Assembly (NCBI RefSeq): GCF_009914755.1 | Contig: NC_060925.1 | DNA: 64,000 nucleotides | From: the human T2T-CHM13v2.0 reference genome, Homo sapiens | Direction: 5' to 3' (one strand) | Shown here: one piece after another, positions 37,020 to 51,219 of the stretch | How positions within the stretch are numbered: the stretch's first letter is position 1 | Layout of the letters: each line of letters begins with the position of its first letter | Position numbers and translations under genes: made by a program | The notes under the pieces: generated by a model | Told to the model about the DNA's origin: nothing | The model's input: the letters and a program-made list of their open reading frames with translations, nothing else | The model's database searches: none

Positions 37020-37585
37020 AATAGCAAATACAAACATGAGTGTTGATGATGTGCAGGCACATTCTGAGGCCTTAACTCATGTCAACCCATTTAACCTTCT
37101 TAACAAAAACTGATGATGTGATCTGGGCACAAAAACTGATAAAGTAGGTGCAGTTATCTATATTTGATGGAATAAAACAAAAAACAGAGGTATGGAAGAT
37201 GGAGGAGGGTTAAATAATTTGCCTAAGGTCATATAACTAATAAATATAAAACCAGGATTTGAATGCAACTACTCAAACTTAAGCACAAAACTATATGAAC
37301 TATCATTTGCTGCAAAAGTCATTCCTGAAGTAGTTCTGAAACAAAATCACAAAATGTTAGAGAAAATCTTGAGCATGTATTATGTGCCAAGAGTATTGCA
37401 AAAACATTATCTTGTTAATTCTCATAGTAGCCTAAAAATGAAACTACTATTATTCCCATTTTATGGATGAGAAAGCTGAGGCATACAGATTAAATAACTT
37501 GAATGAATACCATAGATCTTAAGTCTCAGAGCTGGGATTCAGACTTGTGTTTTTCAGATTCCAAAGCCCATGTTCTTTATACCAG
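37020..37585 (-). mobile_element. Two MIR SINEs in tandem
   Basis: GGTTAAATAATTTGCCTAAGGTCATA and CCCATTTTATGGATGAGAAAGCTGAGGC cores. Confidence 0.7.
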
Positions 37586-38346
37586 ATCACTCTGGCTCGA
37601 AAGACAGGAAGACCTTAATAGTATAATAGCATAATATCCTATCCAGATAGGAACTGCTTGAAGAACACCCTAGTAAATGGTGGTTCTTGAGTATCTTCAG
37701 TTGCTGAAAATCTGTTCTCACATGGTCAGCCTCCCACTTCCTTCCCTTCCTTCCTTCTCTCTTTCTCCCTCTCTCCCTTCTTTCCTTTCCCTCCATCTCT
37801 CATTTCCTTCTCTCCTGTCATTAATGAAGGGCCTAGAAAAGTTTCCTAACTTTTGTGATGTCTTGGCACACATAAAGAATAGTTTCCAGACTTAGGCTGC
37901 TCAGGGCTCCAGCAGCTAGGATGCCCTAAGCACTGAGGTGTGCCAAAACTTGGGCACACTTGTAACTCACCTGGAGAACATAATTAAGAAGCTTTGATCT
38001 AAAATAAGTGACTAATAAGTAATGAGGCAATGTTAATACAGCATGGTGTGTCCTATGATGAGATGAGTACAGGACTGGAAGAATATCAGCAGAATAATGA
38101 CTCAGTCTTTGGTGATCAGGGAAGCCCTCAAGGAAGAGGGATTTTCCAGGATGTCATCTAAAAGAGGTTGATTTCAGCCTGGGAAAGAGATGGATGCTGG
38201 GTAGGGGGATTTGTAGTCAGGAGGAATCCTATCTGGAGATGCCAGGTGCTCCAAACATAGCTTTAGTTGTCTTTTTATTTCTCTTTTCTATATTTCATTT
38301 TTGTTACTTCTACCCCCTTCTCTTTTCTGGACAACTTTCCTTATAC

Positions 38347-38587
38347 TTTTTTTTCCCCTGCAACCTCCGCCTCCCAGGTTCAAGCGATTCTCCTGCCTCA
38401 GTTTCCTGAGTAGCTGGGATTACAGGCATCCGCCACCATGGCCGGCTAATTTTTGTGTTTTTAGTAGAGACAAGGTTTCACCATGTTGGCCAGGGTGGTC
38501 TGGTCTTGAACTACTGACCTCAGGTTATCTGCCCACTTCAGCCTCCCAAAGTGCTGGGATTACAAGCGTGAGCCACCGTGCCCAGCC
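38347..38587 (-). mobile_element. AluS (Sx/Sz-like) lacking the terminal part of the right arm
   Basis: T-tract joins CTGCAACCTCCGCCTCCCAGGTTCAAGCGATTCTCC...GACCTCAGGT...GTGAGCCACCGTGCCCAGCC. The segment GAGACGGAGTCTCGC...CTCGGCTCA is absent. Confidence 0.9.
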
Positions 38588-39269
38588 CTGCTTTCTTTAT
38601 TCTTATCATTCCTTCCTAGCTGCTACTGTCAGTGTATAGGTGGCCCCCATAAATAGCCCTCCAACCTATGGAGAAAAAAGTGGCCATCTTCATTAGAGTA
38701 TGTTCCAGAAGTTTTGGTGAGAAGAGTCACAGAGCCACTGGATATTGGTCATGGTACTGAGACTCACCTGACTGGGATGGTCTTTAAAGGATGGGATAAA
38801 TCTTATGGCTGAAACAATGTGAAGTCATTCTGGTCACTTCAGGCAAAGAGACCAAAGTTGTAGGGATGAAGATTGGCCAGGGCATGTCAGCTCTTTCCTT
38901 AATTACCAAATTTGCTCTACTTAATGAAACATCAGCAACAGCCCATCAGTATTCTACAGCTTTGTGGGAAATAATTTTATATATGGCTCTTTATTTTCTC
39001 AAACATTTTATTCTGACATTTATTTTACAACCAAATACTAAAGACTTATTTCTCTACAAAGCCTGCATTACGTCAACATGACTTTTCCTTCAAGAAAACA
39101 TACCCATAAACAAATCATTGAGAAAAAGGAAAATGCTCCATGTCCCAGTGCAGCTTGGCAGATTACCCCAAAAACTTCAGTTCATAACAGTTGCTGGCTT
39201 AGGACATGTCTAGCATAGGGTAGGTCCTGATTGTTAATAAATAATTGTTACGTTAATTGAATTAAGGAA

Positions 39270-39510
39270 TGCAGAGTGGCATAAAAGAAAGGTAGGCTTT
39301 GGACTGTGATCCAGGTTTGAATCTGAACCCAGCCACTCGCATAGCTGAGTAACCCAGAGTGAATTATTTAATCCTTTTGAGCTTCAGTTTTCTCTTTTAT
39401 AAAACTGAGGCAAAACCACCTGACTCACATTTGAGGGTTAAATGAAATCATGTAGTTAAGAATCTAGCTCAGTACTTGTGTATGGTAGATACATAGAAAA
39501 AATAGTTCTC
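39270..39510 (+). mobile_element. MIR SINE
   Basis: GGCTTTGGACTG...CCAGGTTTGAATC...GAGCTTCAGTTTTCTC...GAGGGTTAAATGAAAT. Confidence 0.75.
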
Positions 39511-39639
39511 TCCTTTTTTCAAATTGGCCCAGCAACAAAGTTGTGTAGCATGCTCCAATAAATCATTGGCCAGTCAAAGCAACAATCAAGGACCTGGTGT
39601 CAGAAGCATTGATTCTTAATTCTGGCTACACAAAAGAAT

Positions 39640-39786
39640 TACATGGACTTTAAAAAAAAATCAGAGCCTAGACCCTACCCCAATAATTTTTAATTTAATA
39701 GTTCAGGGATGGAGCCAGGAAAACAATATTTCTTTCAAAAGCTGCCCAGGTGATTTTTAATGTGCAGAAGGGTTGAAAAGCACTGG
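39640..39786. mobile_element. MER5-type hAT-Charlie DNA transposon remnant
   Basis: AAAGCTGCCCAGGTGATTTTTAATGTGCAG..GGGTTGAAAAGCACTG terminus. Confidence 0.65.
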
Positions 39787-39789
39787 ACA

Positions 39790-40240
39790 AGAAAAAGAAA
39801 GCCCTTTTGCTCTACTCTGGTCTGATCAGCCTGTGCAGGTTGTTGCATTCCATTCCCATGTAACCACTAAGAGAGGGGAAGCAAACAGTGAGGGCCACTC
39901 ACATGGTGGAGGGGATTAAGCCTAAGTCATAAAGTGAAGAGCTCAAGGATGGGGGTCATTGGCTTGACTGACTGAAGATGGCCAGGAGTGAATGATCACT
40001 TTCCAATCATGTAAAAGGTTACTAAGTAAAGAGGGATTGGATTTGTCTTGCATAGTGTGAAGAGGTGAAGTTCAAGTTGGATATGACCAAAGGTGGGATG
40101 GACTGCTTTTAGAGATAATGAGTTCACAGTCACTGGAGGAATTCAATAAGATATTCCATAACCGCTTAATGGCAACAGAGAGGAGGAATTCAAGCATTGA
40201 ATAAGCAGTTGGACTAATTCTTAATGGCCTATCTCAAAAC
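39790..40240 (+). mobile_element. CR1/L3 3' fragment
   Basis: CTCTACTCTGGTCTGATCAG...GGATGGACTGC...GATAATGAGTTCACAGTCACTGGAGGAATTCAA. Confidence 0.55.
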
Positions 40241-41596
40241 TTTGTGGCGGTAGCAGTGTGACTAATTTTAAGAAATTTCTTGGGACAAAGATGTTGGATG
40301 ATATGAAAGGGTAAAAAAATTCAAGCCTTCATTCTGCATGTGTCTTTACACCTTGGGCCTTCCTAGCCCATGGGGTTAAGTGAACACATCTTTCAGACAC
40401 AGCTGAAGCAAATTTGGCACTCCTGAAAGCTGCAGCCAAAAGACCATAGCATCATAGTAGCTGCTGGGATTATCACAATCATCTAGACAAATGTTTCATG
40501 TCTTTTTTTTTCTAAGCAGTGAAACCTTTTCTCTCTTTTTTTAATCCAAATAAAATAAATCCTATACAGGTATCTGATAATTAATCAAACAGGGGCTGCT
40601 CTGGTTGAAGCATGTGGCTATGTTCATCTGCCTCACAATCCCATCAGTGGCCCCTGAGAGACCTGCTCATAACCCTAGAATTCCATAGTACAGGTTTTGA
40701 AAATCATACTGTTATAGATAACCCTCTCTTTTTACACATGAATAAACTGGCCTCAGAATGGCTAAGTAACTTGGTCAGGGTAACTTAGTTCATGAGAGTA
40801 GAGATAAGCCCAAACCTAATCTCCTCAATTCTGGGCCAGTGCCTCTCCCATGAGCCCACAGTAATGCCTTAACTGGGAACAAGAGTAGACCCAGTATGGC
40901 CAGTTCTTGTCGCATTCATCTATGGTAACAATGATGCATAAGAAGCCCAAGCACCCATTTCAACCAAAAATGCCAACCTTCTGCCTGGGGGATACCCATT
41001 CTTTGTTTCTGGTGGTGGCGATGGATTTGCTCTAATAGTTAGTCTCTTAGTCAGTGTCCACAGTAATCAACATCTTCTTTTTGTACATTGACCAACTAGG
41101 ATTGAGGAGGGGAAGGGGGGCACTCTCTCTTGAGATCGAAACCAAGCAACTGGCCCACAAATACAAGATCTCAAATCTTGACCCCATCATATGGTGCTGC
41201 AACTAATTGAGCAAAGCACATTTAGCTGACTCAATTTACAGCATTATTTTTCTTTTCTTCCTTTTCTACAAACTTGGGAAAGGGTTTAGATGAATTGAAC
41301 CAAAAGGCAGATAATAGAATAAAAAAGTAGTTGGTAAGGACACACTTGTAATTCTGGAAGTAAATATGGACACTTTGGATAATTAGAGGTTTATTCTGGA
41401 AAGTTTTCCTAACCATTCACTCATGTACTCACTCAGTCACCATCTCCCTGACTCTCATTTGATATTCATAGAGCACCTATCACAGTCTGGGCAATATTTT
41501 TAAAACAAAAATTAATGCAAAAAGTATGCATATAATTAATGCAAAAAACAGGTAGGATGAACAAAATTTTAAAATTTTAAGTTAAGACAGAATCAG

Positions 41597-41992
41597 AGGC
41601 TGGATAAAGAAAATGTGGCACATATACACCATGGAATACTACACAGCCATAAAAAAGGATGAATTCATGTCCTTTGCAGGGACATGGATGAAGCTAGAGA
41701 CCACCATTCTCAGCAAACTAACACCAGAACAGAAAACCAAACACCGCATGTTCTCACTCATAAGCGGGAGTTGAACAATGAGAACACATGGACACAGGAA
41801 AGGGAACATCACACACCGGGGCCTGTCAGGGGGTTGGGGGCTAGGGGAGGGATAGCGTTAGGAGAAATACCTAATGTAGATGACGGATTAATGGGTGCAG
41901 CAAACCACCATGGCATGTGTATACCTATGTAACAAATCTGCACGTTTTGCACATGTATCCCAGAACCTAAAGTATAATAATAATAAAAAAAA
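41597..41992 (+). mobile_element. 5'-truncated L1PA7-like 3' end
   Basis: GGGGCTAGGGGAGGGATAGC..TAGGAGAAATACCTAATGTAGATGACGG...CATGTATCCCAGAAC. TSD AAGACAGAATCAG at 41584-41596 and 41991-42003. Canonical TT/AAGA endonuclease site. Confidence 0.92.
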
Positions 41993-41999
41993 GACAGAA

Positions 42000-42446
42000 T
42001 CAGTATTTCTGATTTTTCCTTTTGCCTCAGACCCTAGTATGATTTGATATGGTACTGCAACTGATCTATCTTTATTTCAAATGTTGAGGGCTATAGTTAA
42101 TAGTATTGTATTATACACTGAAAGATTGCTAAATGAGTAGATTTGAGATCCTCTTATCAAAAAAGAAAGAGGTAAGTATGGGAGATGATAGATATATTTG
42201 CTTACCTGTAGTAGTCATTATTGTATGTCTATATCAAAACACTATGTTGTACATCTTAAATTTCTAAAAATGATAAAATAAAATAAAAATTTGATATTTC
42301 ATTTATCATAGATTTTTGTATTAATTTTGATTTTTAAAATATTGCATTAAATATTATTTATTTTAACTGCTGAGTTTTGTTGGTGTCCCTTTACATTTTG
42401 TGTCCCCACCAAGTGCCTCACTCACCTAACTTTAGACCTGGTCCTG
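42000..42446. mobile_element. hAT-Tip100-like DNA transposon remnant interrupted by an L1MA 3' end (about 42090-42290)
   Basis: GCATTAAATATTATTT...GGTGTCCCTTTACATTTTGTG...GTGCCTCACTCACC...GGTCCTG terminus. L1MA-like TAGTATTGTATTATACACTGAAA..TGCTAAATGAGTAGATTT. Confidence 0.5.
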
Positions 42447-43712
42447 TTGAGGCATTGGTAAAGGCAGAGGATACAAAAAGTAAATACAACATGTCTATTC
42501 TCAAGGAGTTCTCAGCCTGGTGGAGAAGACAGACAGGTAAACAATGAACTGAAATACAAATATTTCTATAATAGAACTATGTGCAAGGACAGTGTTGGCA
42601 CAAAGGAGGGGGGGATCCACTCAGTTGAGGTGGGTGGCCAGCAGTGAGGAGGGGAAGGGCATTCTAGGCCAAAGGACAGCGTGGGCTAAGGTGAGGAGAA
42701 CTGCAATGGCAAGATGAGTGGTTCATTCCAACCAGCAAGGTGAAAAGTGAAAGCAAAGCAGGTAATAGCAGGAGGTAAGCTCAGAGAGGTAGTCAGGTGC
42801 CAGGGGCTGCAAACACTAATTGAATACCTTGTATGTGTGCAGTGTTCTGAGCGTCCCCACAAAGCATCAGTCATAATATGAGCGCTGAGGATCTCACGCT
42901 AGTTATAGCAGACAGGGCAAGTCATACAGGAAAAACAAACAATAAAACCAGGTAACAACAAGGAGTGCAGGGACAGACTGAGAGGACAGCAGTTCCAAGG
43001 AAGGCACAGTCAGATCTCTGAACTGGGGAGGGGAGATCACAGAAGAAATAGCTTTTAGGCTTAGCTCTAAGGGAATAAGCAAGGTCTCAAGATGCCACAT
43101 CCTCCTGGCCACCTCCTCTCTGATGTGTGTGTCTGCATCTTTGTAACTAAATAGCCTCCATTCACTCCTCTGTACGAATGCAGACTGGGAGCTGGCTGAG
43201 GAGGAAGAGCCCTCAACAGCCCTAGCTTGGATGGCAGCCAGGGCTCTGTGTCCCCGGGACATAATCCCAACTGACTCTCCTTGCTGGATGAGCACAGCAA
43301 AAGGTATAAAGAACAGCAGAAATGAACCCCTCCCAGGACTGCTGTGGGATTAATAAGCCCTTGAGACCCTGGCACTTCAAACCCTGTGGAAACTAGTGCT
43401 TCAATTGCTATTATGAGCAGACTCCCAGCCATGGCTCCTTCAGCACATGCTGCTAGATAATCTCTCCCCAACCACTGCCGGGAGCTATCAATCACCCAGT
43501 GCCTATCTCTTAACCCACAGCCTGAGAAGGGAAGGGAAGAGGCTGCAAGGACAGTGTGGGGTGGTGACATGAAGGGGCCAGAGATTATCAGCTGGTTGAT
43601 CTCTTCCAGAAGTGTGAGAATAGTGCACAGGCTCTGAAGTCAGCCAATGTGGTTTTGAAACTTGGTTTTCCCACCTATTACATCTGTGAAGCTAGGTGGC
43701 CAGTAACAGGGC

Positions 43713-44070
43713 TGTTGACAAATATTCCCATTCTCTAACTGGGTTCATGGTAGAATTATACTTATCTGCCCCCTCTGGAGTTAGGTGTGGCCATGTGACT
43801 TGCTTTGGACAAGCAATATGAGGGAATGAATGTGGAAGTGCGAGTTTTAAAAGCTAGTGCAAAATTCACCACATTCCTTTCCCCCTCCTGTAGCATTTGA
43901 GGAAGCATGTGTCAATTTGGATTTAGCCTGGGAATCTAAGTGACCAAGATAAACAGAGACTCCTGGTCACCTGCTTTCAATGTAAATAAAAAATAAACTT
44001 CTATTGCTTTAAGCCACTAAGACTTGAGAGTTTTTTTACTGCAGCATCATGTAGTGATCCTGACTAGTTC
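43713..44070 (+). mobile_element. MaLR LTR (MLT1J/K-like) nested in a MIR (43610-44230)
   Basis: GAGTTAGGTGTGGCCATGTGACTTGCTTTGG...AATAAACTTCTATTGCTTTAAGCCACTAAGA. The MIR resumes at GGGCAAGTT..CTCAGTTTCTTCACTTGTAAGATGGG. Confidence 0.75.
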
Positions 44071-46552
44071 AGGGCAAGTTAAGTTACTCAATCTTTTGAA
44101 GACTCAGTTTCTTCACTTGTAAGATGGGAATAATAATATCTATATTATAGAGTTATGGTAAGACATAAGAGATAACTTATGTAAAATCATTAGCAAATAG
44201 TCCATAATAAGTGCTCAACAATTGTTAACTCGGGTGGTTATTATCACGTTTATTACAACTCTCTTCTTAGGCTCCTCCAGGGGCCAGTGCACCTCTCTAC
44301 TCTGATGCAGCCAGTGTTCCCTTCACCAGTTCAAGTGATAAATAGGTGAGGAGCTCACATATCTCAGGTTTGGCAATGCCACTTTATGTTGGTTGTCAGC
44401 AGAATTCTTAATGATCTCCCTGTGGATGGTGATCCACGTAGGTGACCCAGCCCCTGCAGGAGCCTGACTGAGGGACCCCTGGCTCGAGGAGCCGGAGGCT
44501 CTCTCACTTTTCCGGCTGGTGCTGGGTGAGATAGTCTTTGCTCTCACTCTCTCTTGCCATCACTCATCTAGGCAGTACATTTCTGAGGATCAATCACTAC
44601 AGTCCTTTACATCACAGTTTCACTCTGCTGTTAACCATCATTCAGCGGAGAGCATCAAGTGAGTTACAGAGGAGGCAACTGAAGTTCACTGAGGTTAAGT
44701 GACTCTCCCAGGGACACAGCTTAGGGCTGGAGCATGAAGAGGGCCCAGCCTCCATTTCCTTTGGTGCTTAGTCTCCTAGTTTGGACATTTTTATTCTTGT
44801 TAGTTTCAGGTTGGGCAGTGATTTTAAAAGCCTCATCTTCTCCTCTCATCCTTCCTTCTCCTCATTAATGGCCAAGCAAGAAATTCTTCAAGGGCAAACT
44901 GGTTTTTCTGGGACTTCTGATTGAAGTGTAGAGCTGTTGTTTTGGTGGGTATCTACCTACAGTGCTGGAAGATACATCCCTGTTGTCCTTGGTCATGGGA
45001 GGAAGAAAGCATTTAACCATTGCATCTCTGACTGGGGGTTTTCCTTTGATGCCACCGGTTGAATCTCTTCCAAAGAGAATCAATAGTGGCAGAATTTCTT
45101 TATGGAAGGGCATTAAGAGTAGCAATCTGGTTGGGAGGCAGCAGGTGTAGGGAACTCATCTCAAAGTGTACTTGCAGAGGAACCATCTACTTTTACTTAG
45201 TCTGTTTATTTGCCATGGTTGTATGGAGAGCACTGATAGAGGCCACGAAAGAGCTCAAGCCAGTCCTACACCCTCCAACCCAGCCCTTTACACTGTTCAC
45301 AGTGCTGTTGTAAACCAAGCCTCACATCGAGCCAGTTAATGGAGAAATAGAAAAGTCAAAGAGAGTGTAGATCAATCGGAACCAACCCAAGCCAACAGTT
45401 TGCAGCTCAAAAAGCAGTGAGAATATAGAGACCCCTCTTATGTAGGGCCCTCTTAATATCTACCAAGTGGCTTTATGGGCAAGCAATTCCTGTACAAATA
45501 GAATCTAATAAAAGATTGTCAGCTGAGGTTTTAGGAGTCACAAGTTTTGGAAACTAGCATTGTTTGATAGGCTCTCGATTCCCTCATCACTATGAGCTTC
45601 CTTCACTGGTTGAACCAAAATCAATAAAATTGTATTCCAAAAGAGCCTGTCCTTCAGAAACCCTGTCACTAGCAGCCCCAGAGTCTTCACCAGACTCTGT
45701 CCCCTCTTCTATTGTCTGCACAGAGAAGATGTTGTGGGTGTCTTCTGCCTGGCAAGTAGGGCCCAAGATACTTGTTTTCTCCATGATAGAGAAATATTCT
45801 CAAGTTTCCCTCCACAGCACCAAGTGTCCTCCCAAACAGATGGGGCACAGGCAGCATATTTCACATTGATGACTTCAGAACTCTGGCTGGCAACAGTGCT
45901 GAATTTCTTTTATTAGACTTTATTTCTGTGGTCATTATTCACCCATAAAAAGCCACATGGTAGATCTTAGGAGGCTCAGCACAAGAGGAATCTCTCTCTT
46001 TTCACACATCTCCCCTCCCTGTTACTTTAGCATCTCTTAGGAGACTCCCATTTCCTAGTGGGCATTTTGTTATCTTCCCAGAGTTCCTTAAGCCCCATGG
46101 AACACTTTCTAAAGAAACAGAGAAGGTGGGTGTACCAATCAGGTACTATAATTTTCCAGGGTCTTCCTGATAGGGATTGGGAATGTTATTCTGGGGCCTG
46201 TAGGAATTATGCCTCTGAGCATTTTTTTTTCAGTTCTCTGAATCTGTATATCAGTCACTATAGGGAAAGGCAAAGGGCTTCTACCCACTCTTCCCACCTC
46301 TTTGCTTTTGGACTTGCTGTTATTCCTACAGAATGCACTTCTCCCACCCCTTTTGTTCCTGTCCATCAGAAATACACCTATTATTCAATCTTTCCCTTAT
46401 CAATATGGGTCTAACTTATTTTTCCCTTTCTATCTCCTAAAGCATTTATTTGCATCTTTTGTTTATGCATTTAATCATATATTATCTTGAATTGTTATCT
46501 GTTGCACATATATAATATTAATCTTCCAAGTGAGATAAAAAATTATTTTAGA

Positions 46553-47261
<709 letters not shown>

Positions 47262-47769
47262 TCAGAAAATTAAAGCTGAAAGGGGCTAAGAAGTTGTCCA
47301 GACCAACTCCTTTCTTTTCCAAATAAGATGCAAAAGCAACTACTAAAGGAGCCTTTCACATTCCCAAGTATATACCAAAACTGAAACCCAGTTTAAACCC
47401 TATTTCAGAGCTTACTCCTGTGCCTCCCTCTCTGCTAGAGTTTGTCATCAAAAATTGCCTTGTGGAAACATGGATGAAGTTGAACCTCTTGGATTCTTCG
47501 AAGCCATGAGGGTAAAATCGGTATACTTTTGCATTGACTTAGTTGGCTTTGCAACTATTTCCCATCCTGCAACCCTCAGAAGTACTGGCTTTCAATGGTC
47601 TGTCCCATCTTTTCTGTTTTAAGTCTATAGTAGACCCACTAAATTACCAGACTGAATTGGACCAAAGAGAATTAGGCAATGGAGACAGTGTCATGGAACA
47701 GAAAGGGCATTAGATTCGATTCCTAGCTAGTTAAAAATCGTTAGCTAGTTAAAAAAATGAGAACCAGCA

Positions 47770-47935
47770 ATAATAACAAATAGGGTTTAATGAATGCTCA
47801 TGATTGCTAGTCTGCTAGCATTTTGCACTTATTCTCTCATTTATTACTCATAACATCCTTATGAGGTAGGTGCTCTTATTATGCTAATGGTACAAATGAG
47901 GAGACTGAGGCACAGAGAAATTAAACAACTTGTGG
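47770..47935 (-). mobile_element. MIR SINE
   Basis: TTATGAGGTAGGTG...ATGAGGAGACTGAGGCACAGAGAAATTAAACAACTTG. Confidence 0.75.
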
Positions 47936-50900
47936 TGGAGGCAGGCGAATATGATAATGGAGAAGGAGGGGCTATCAGAATCCTATGGTTCTTCTGTTAT
48001 TCTAAGACTCTATTGGTCTAAGAAAATCCACTTTTAAAAGCCCATTCTAGTTTCATTGGAAAATTCATACTCGTTTAGGGCAAAGGTTGAAAACAACATC
48101 CCATGGCTTAGATCTTTGGTTTGGCTACACAATGTTTTTTTAAAAGAAAAAGAAAAAGAATTTGTGAATAACATTTCACATTGGGAGATGATATATAGAA
48201 TTATTGATTTTTGACTTCCCTCGAAAGATGAAGAAACCCGTGTTTCTGCACGGTAAGAAGGAGCTGGAGCTGAGGAGTGGAGGGTCCTTCTAGAAGGTCC
48301 TCCAGTTCCCCCCACCCGTCGTTCACCACTTTCTACCAGTTCACAACATGGTGACCATGCTCAACTGTCATGACGTCTGCCCTACTTCCCTCTTGTTTGT
48401 GGCCTACCTGGCTCCCAGAATCATTTCAGTTTGAGACACCTGCTGTACTGTGGGCTCTTCTGCTACTCAAAGTCTGATTCTGCAAAAGAAAAAGAACTTT
48501 GAGAGTTCTTCTGAAAATCAATGATCTTTCTAAACTGGAAGGATGGATTATTGTCAACATAACAAACCTCATTTTCCAGTGTGGGAAAAAAAATCATTGA
48601 AATAATTTCTCTAGAAAGAAACAAATTCATTATATGGAAAAATCAGCCTCCTTTCAGCAACACTTGAATGGTGGCTTCAAACATTAGAAACTTGCCAAAC
48701 CAATTTTCTCCTCTCAGATTTAACACTGCTCCATTTATCTCAGTGGGGACTAAAGACCAGCTAAATTTGAAGTCATAAAGCTCAGCCGTTTTGAATGATT
48801 TTGGTCAAAACAGCTTTTTTGTAAGCAGACAAAGTGTGCTTATTTAATGTTCTTCCTTCTCAAAAGAGACTAAAGAGAAATTTCTAAAATTTTCCCAAAA
48901 CATTTCACCTCTGAGCTGATTATAAAGGTGGAGAGTTTCAGCTGGAAAAGGGGTGCATATTTCAGGGTTATCAGCTCTCAGAAATAGAAGATTATAATGG
49001 AATCAGGGCTCCTCCCCACTTGCTTTTAACTACAGTTAATGCTTCTGTAATCATTATAATAATGATGTTTTGCATTTATATAGCACTATTCATTCTTCTT
49101 AGGAGCTCAGAATGCTTTGCAAACATTATCTCATTAAATCCTCTTGACATCCCTGCGAGGCAGGTAATGACAAGAGAGATTGTCCCTGAGGTACAAGGCT
49201 CTCTCAGGGGCCAGCACAGTGGTGAGATGAGCTGCCCATAATCCCAGACCAAGTCCCCACAGGGCTGGAAATAGAGCACTGGTCTGCAGGATGCTTGACA
49301 GAACCTCACGTGAGGAACAGCATCTCCTAGGGAATGTGAGAAGTGACTTTGTTCCCCACATGTCCTGGCACAGCTTCCAGAGGCTCATGTAATAGGAAAC
49401 AATGCCTGGGTCCTCCCATCTGGAAACTGCTTTTGGATACTGTGGATAGAGGGAGCATTCAGTGAATATTGCTGAATGCATGAATGCTAGTTTAGTCTCA
49501 AGATTTCCAGCTGCACTTGGTTGTGCTAAAAGTTCAAATTGTACCCAAGAGCTGAATTTTCAGAGGCTTTCCTTTACTTTTCAGACACTGGGGCTTGTCT
49601 ATACCTGCTGATGGTTTTAGATGGAGGAAGAGGCCTATTGGTTTGGAATATTCTGGTAAAAACCTTGCTGAGGGGTGTATTGGAAATGTGGGGGCATGGG
49701 GGCCCTAGTTAGCTGGACCAGTCATGTAAATTAGCATTGATCCATTCACCTCCAAGCATTTGGCCAGGCCCAAAAGAAAAACAGATGGCAGTTAGGGAAG
49801 AATGAATTTTAATAAAAATGGAAACTACTGACTTTTCTGCAGTAACATTATTCCTCTAGGCTCATTTCCATTGTTCTCTGTCATCACTAGAGAACAGAGA
49901 AGGGTTAGTGAAAATTGAACAGACCTCTGCACCAGCTAGGGTCTTTAAATCCAGCTTCTCAAGAAGTTCACAAGAAATCAGATAATCTTAGATTATCTTT
50001 CCTGGACCTCACCTTTATCATCAACAAATAATTCTTTCAGGCCACTACACACAGGGCATGTTCCTGAGGATGCCGAGAACAATATAAGGCAGTAAGGCAA
50101 GGGACCGTCCTTGCATTAGTCAAACAGGATGTGTACTCAAGAACAACAGTAACAGTCTCCAGAAATCAGTGTATGAACTTCCCTCAGGAAGTAAAGATCA
50201 CCATGCAAATGCGAGGTGTTTTCCCACCGGTGATTCAACTGTAGACCTCATTTAGTCCAATTCTCTATTTCAGTTAAGTTTAACGATTATTTTTAGAGCA
50301 TTTACCAAAACTAAAGGCCATACAGGTTAAATGACTTGATCAAGATCACTTCATTAGTTATATCATTGAAAACATAATAACAAATCAACTCACCAAGATT
50401 AGAGGTGCTATTTTCCATGGGACACAAACAAAAGGAATATTAAATGCTGCAGGAATTCAGGCAATACAGTTATAGTTTTCAGCAAGCATGTTTTAGTTAC
50501 CAAAGCCTTGGACGTGGGCATGAATACATGCTTATGGAATGTACAGTATGCTGTATAAACAGAAGGCATGCGTGAAATGGCATGGTGACTGTGAGAATCC
50601 AAATTCTAAAAGGTTATGAGTGTCTAGAACTGGAGAACCAAATGAATAGAGGTACATTTAGGAGAAGTATGCACTCTGCAGTTAGTTTCTAGAAGGACAG
50701 AATATGGGTCACATCTGACCCTGCTCCAGAGACTTTAGTCAAGTGTTGTGGGAAGGCACTCAAAGAGCCAAGGTCTAGGTAAGACTCCATTAGGTCAGGC
50801 ACCCAGCCGCTCAGTGGCATGTAAATCACTCTGCCACTCTAGAATCTCAAGTTCCCCAAGTCTTCACATTTTCTGGAATGCTCTAATGAATCTGTAAGCT

Positions 50901-51219
50901 CCATGAGGGCAGAAATCCAACGTGTGCAGGAACCCCTCCCTCTTTGTTGAGCAGAGAGGAGATGCGTCCTTAAATCGAATGCACTCTTAGGTGGCTCCGG
51001 CTCTCCAGGAGCTAAAGGGCTTCCCCAAGGTCACACGTTCAGTGACGGAGAGGCAGGGTGGAGCTGCGGTCTCCAGACTCCATTCCAGCCTCTATGGGCC
51101 CCGGGTTGCGGGGGGTCACCAATTTGCAGAGCTGAGGGAGAAGAGAGGAGGGAGGAAGGAGAGCAGGAGGGAGGGGAAGCTGTCCCCAGCTGCCAGATGG
51201 GAAGTGTCAGCTTGGCCTT

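Noticed and set aside
44323-45869. Protein-looking short minus-strand ORFs (e.g. IEEGTESGEDSGAASDRVSEGQALL)
   Set aside because: No consistent splice or phase chain, in-frame stops just upstream and no recognisable family.
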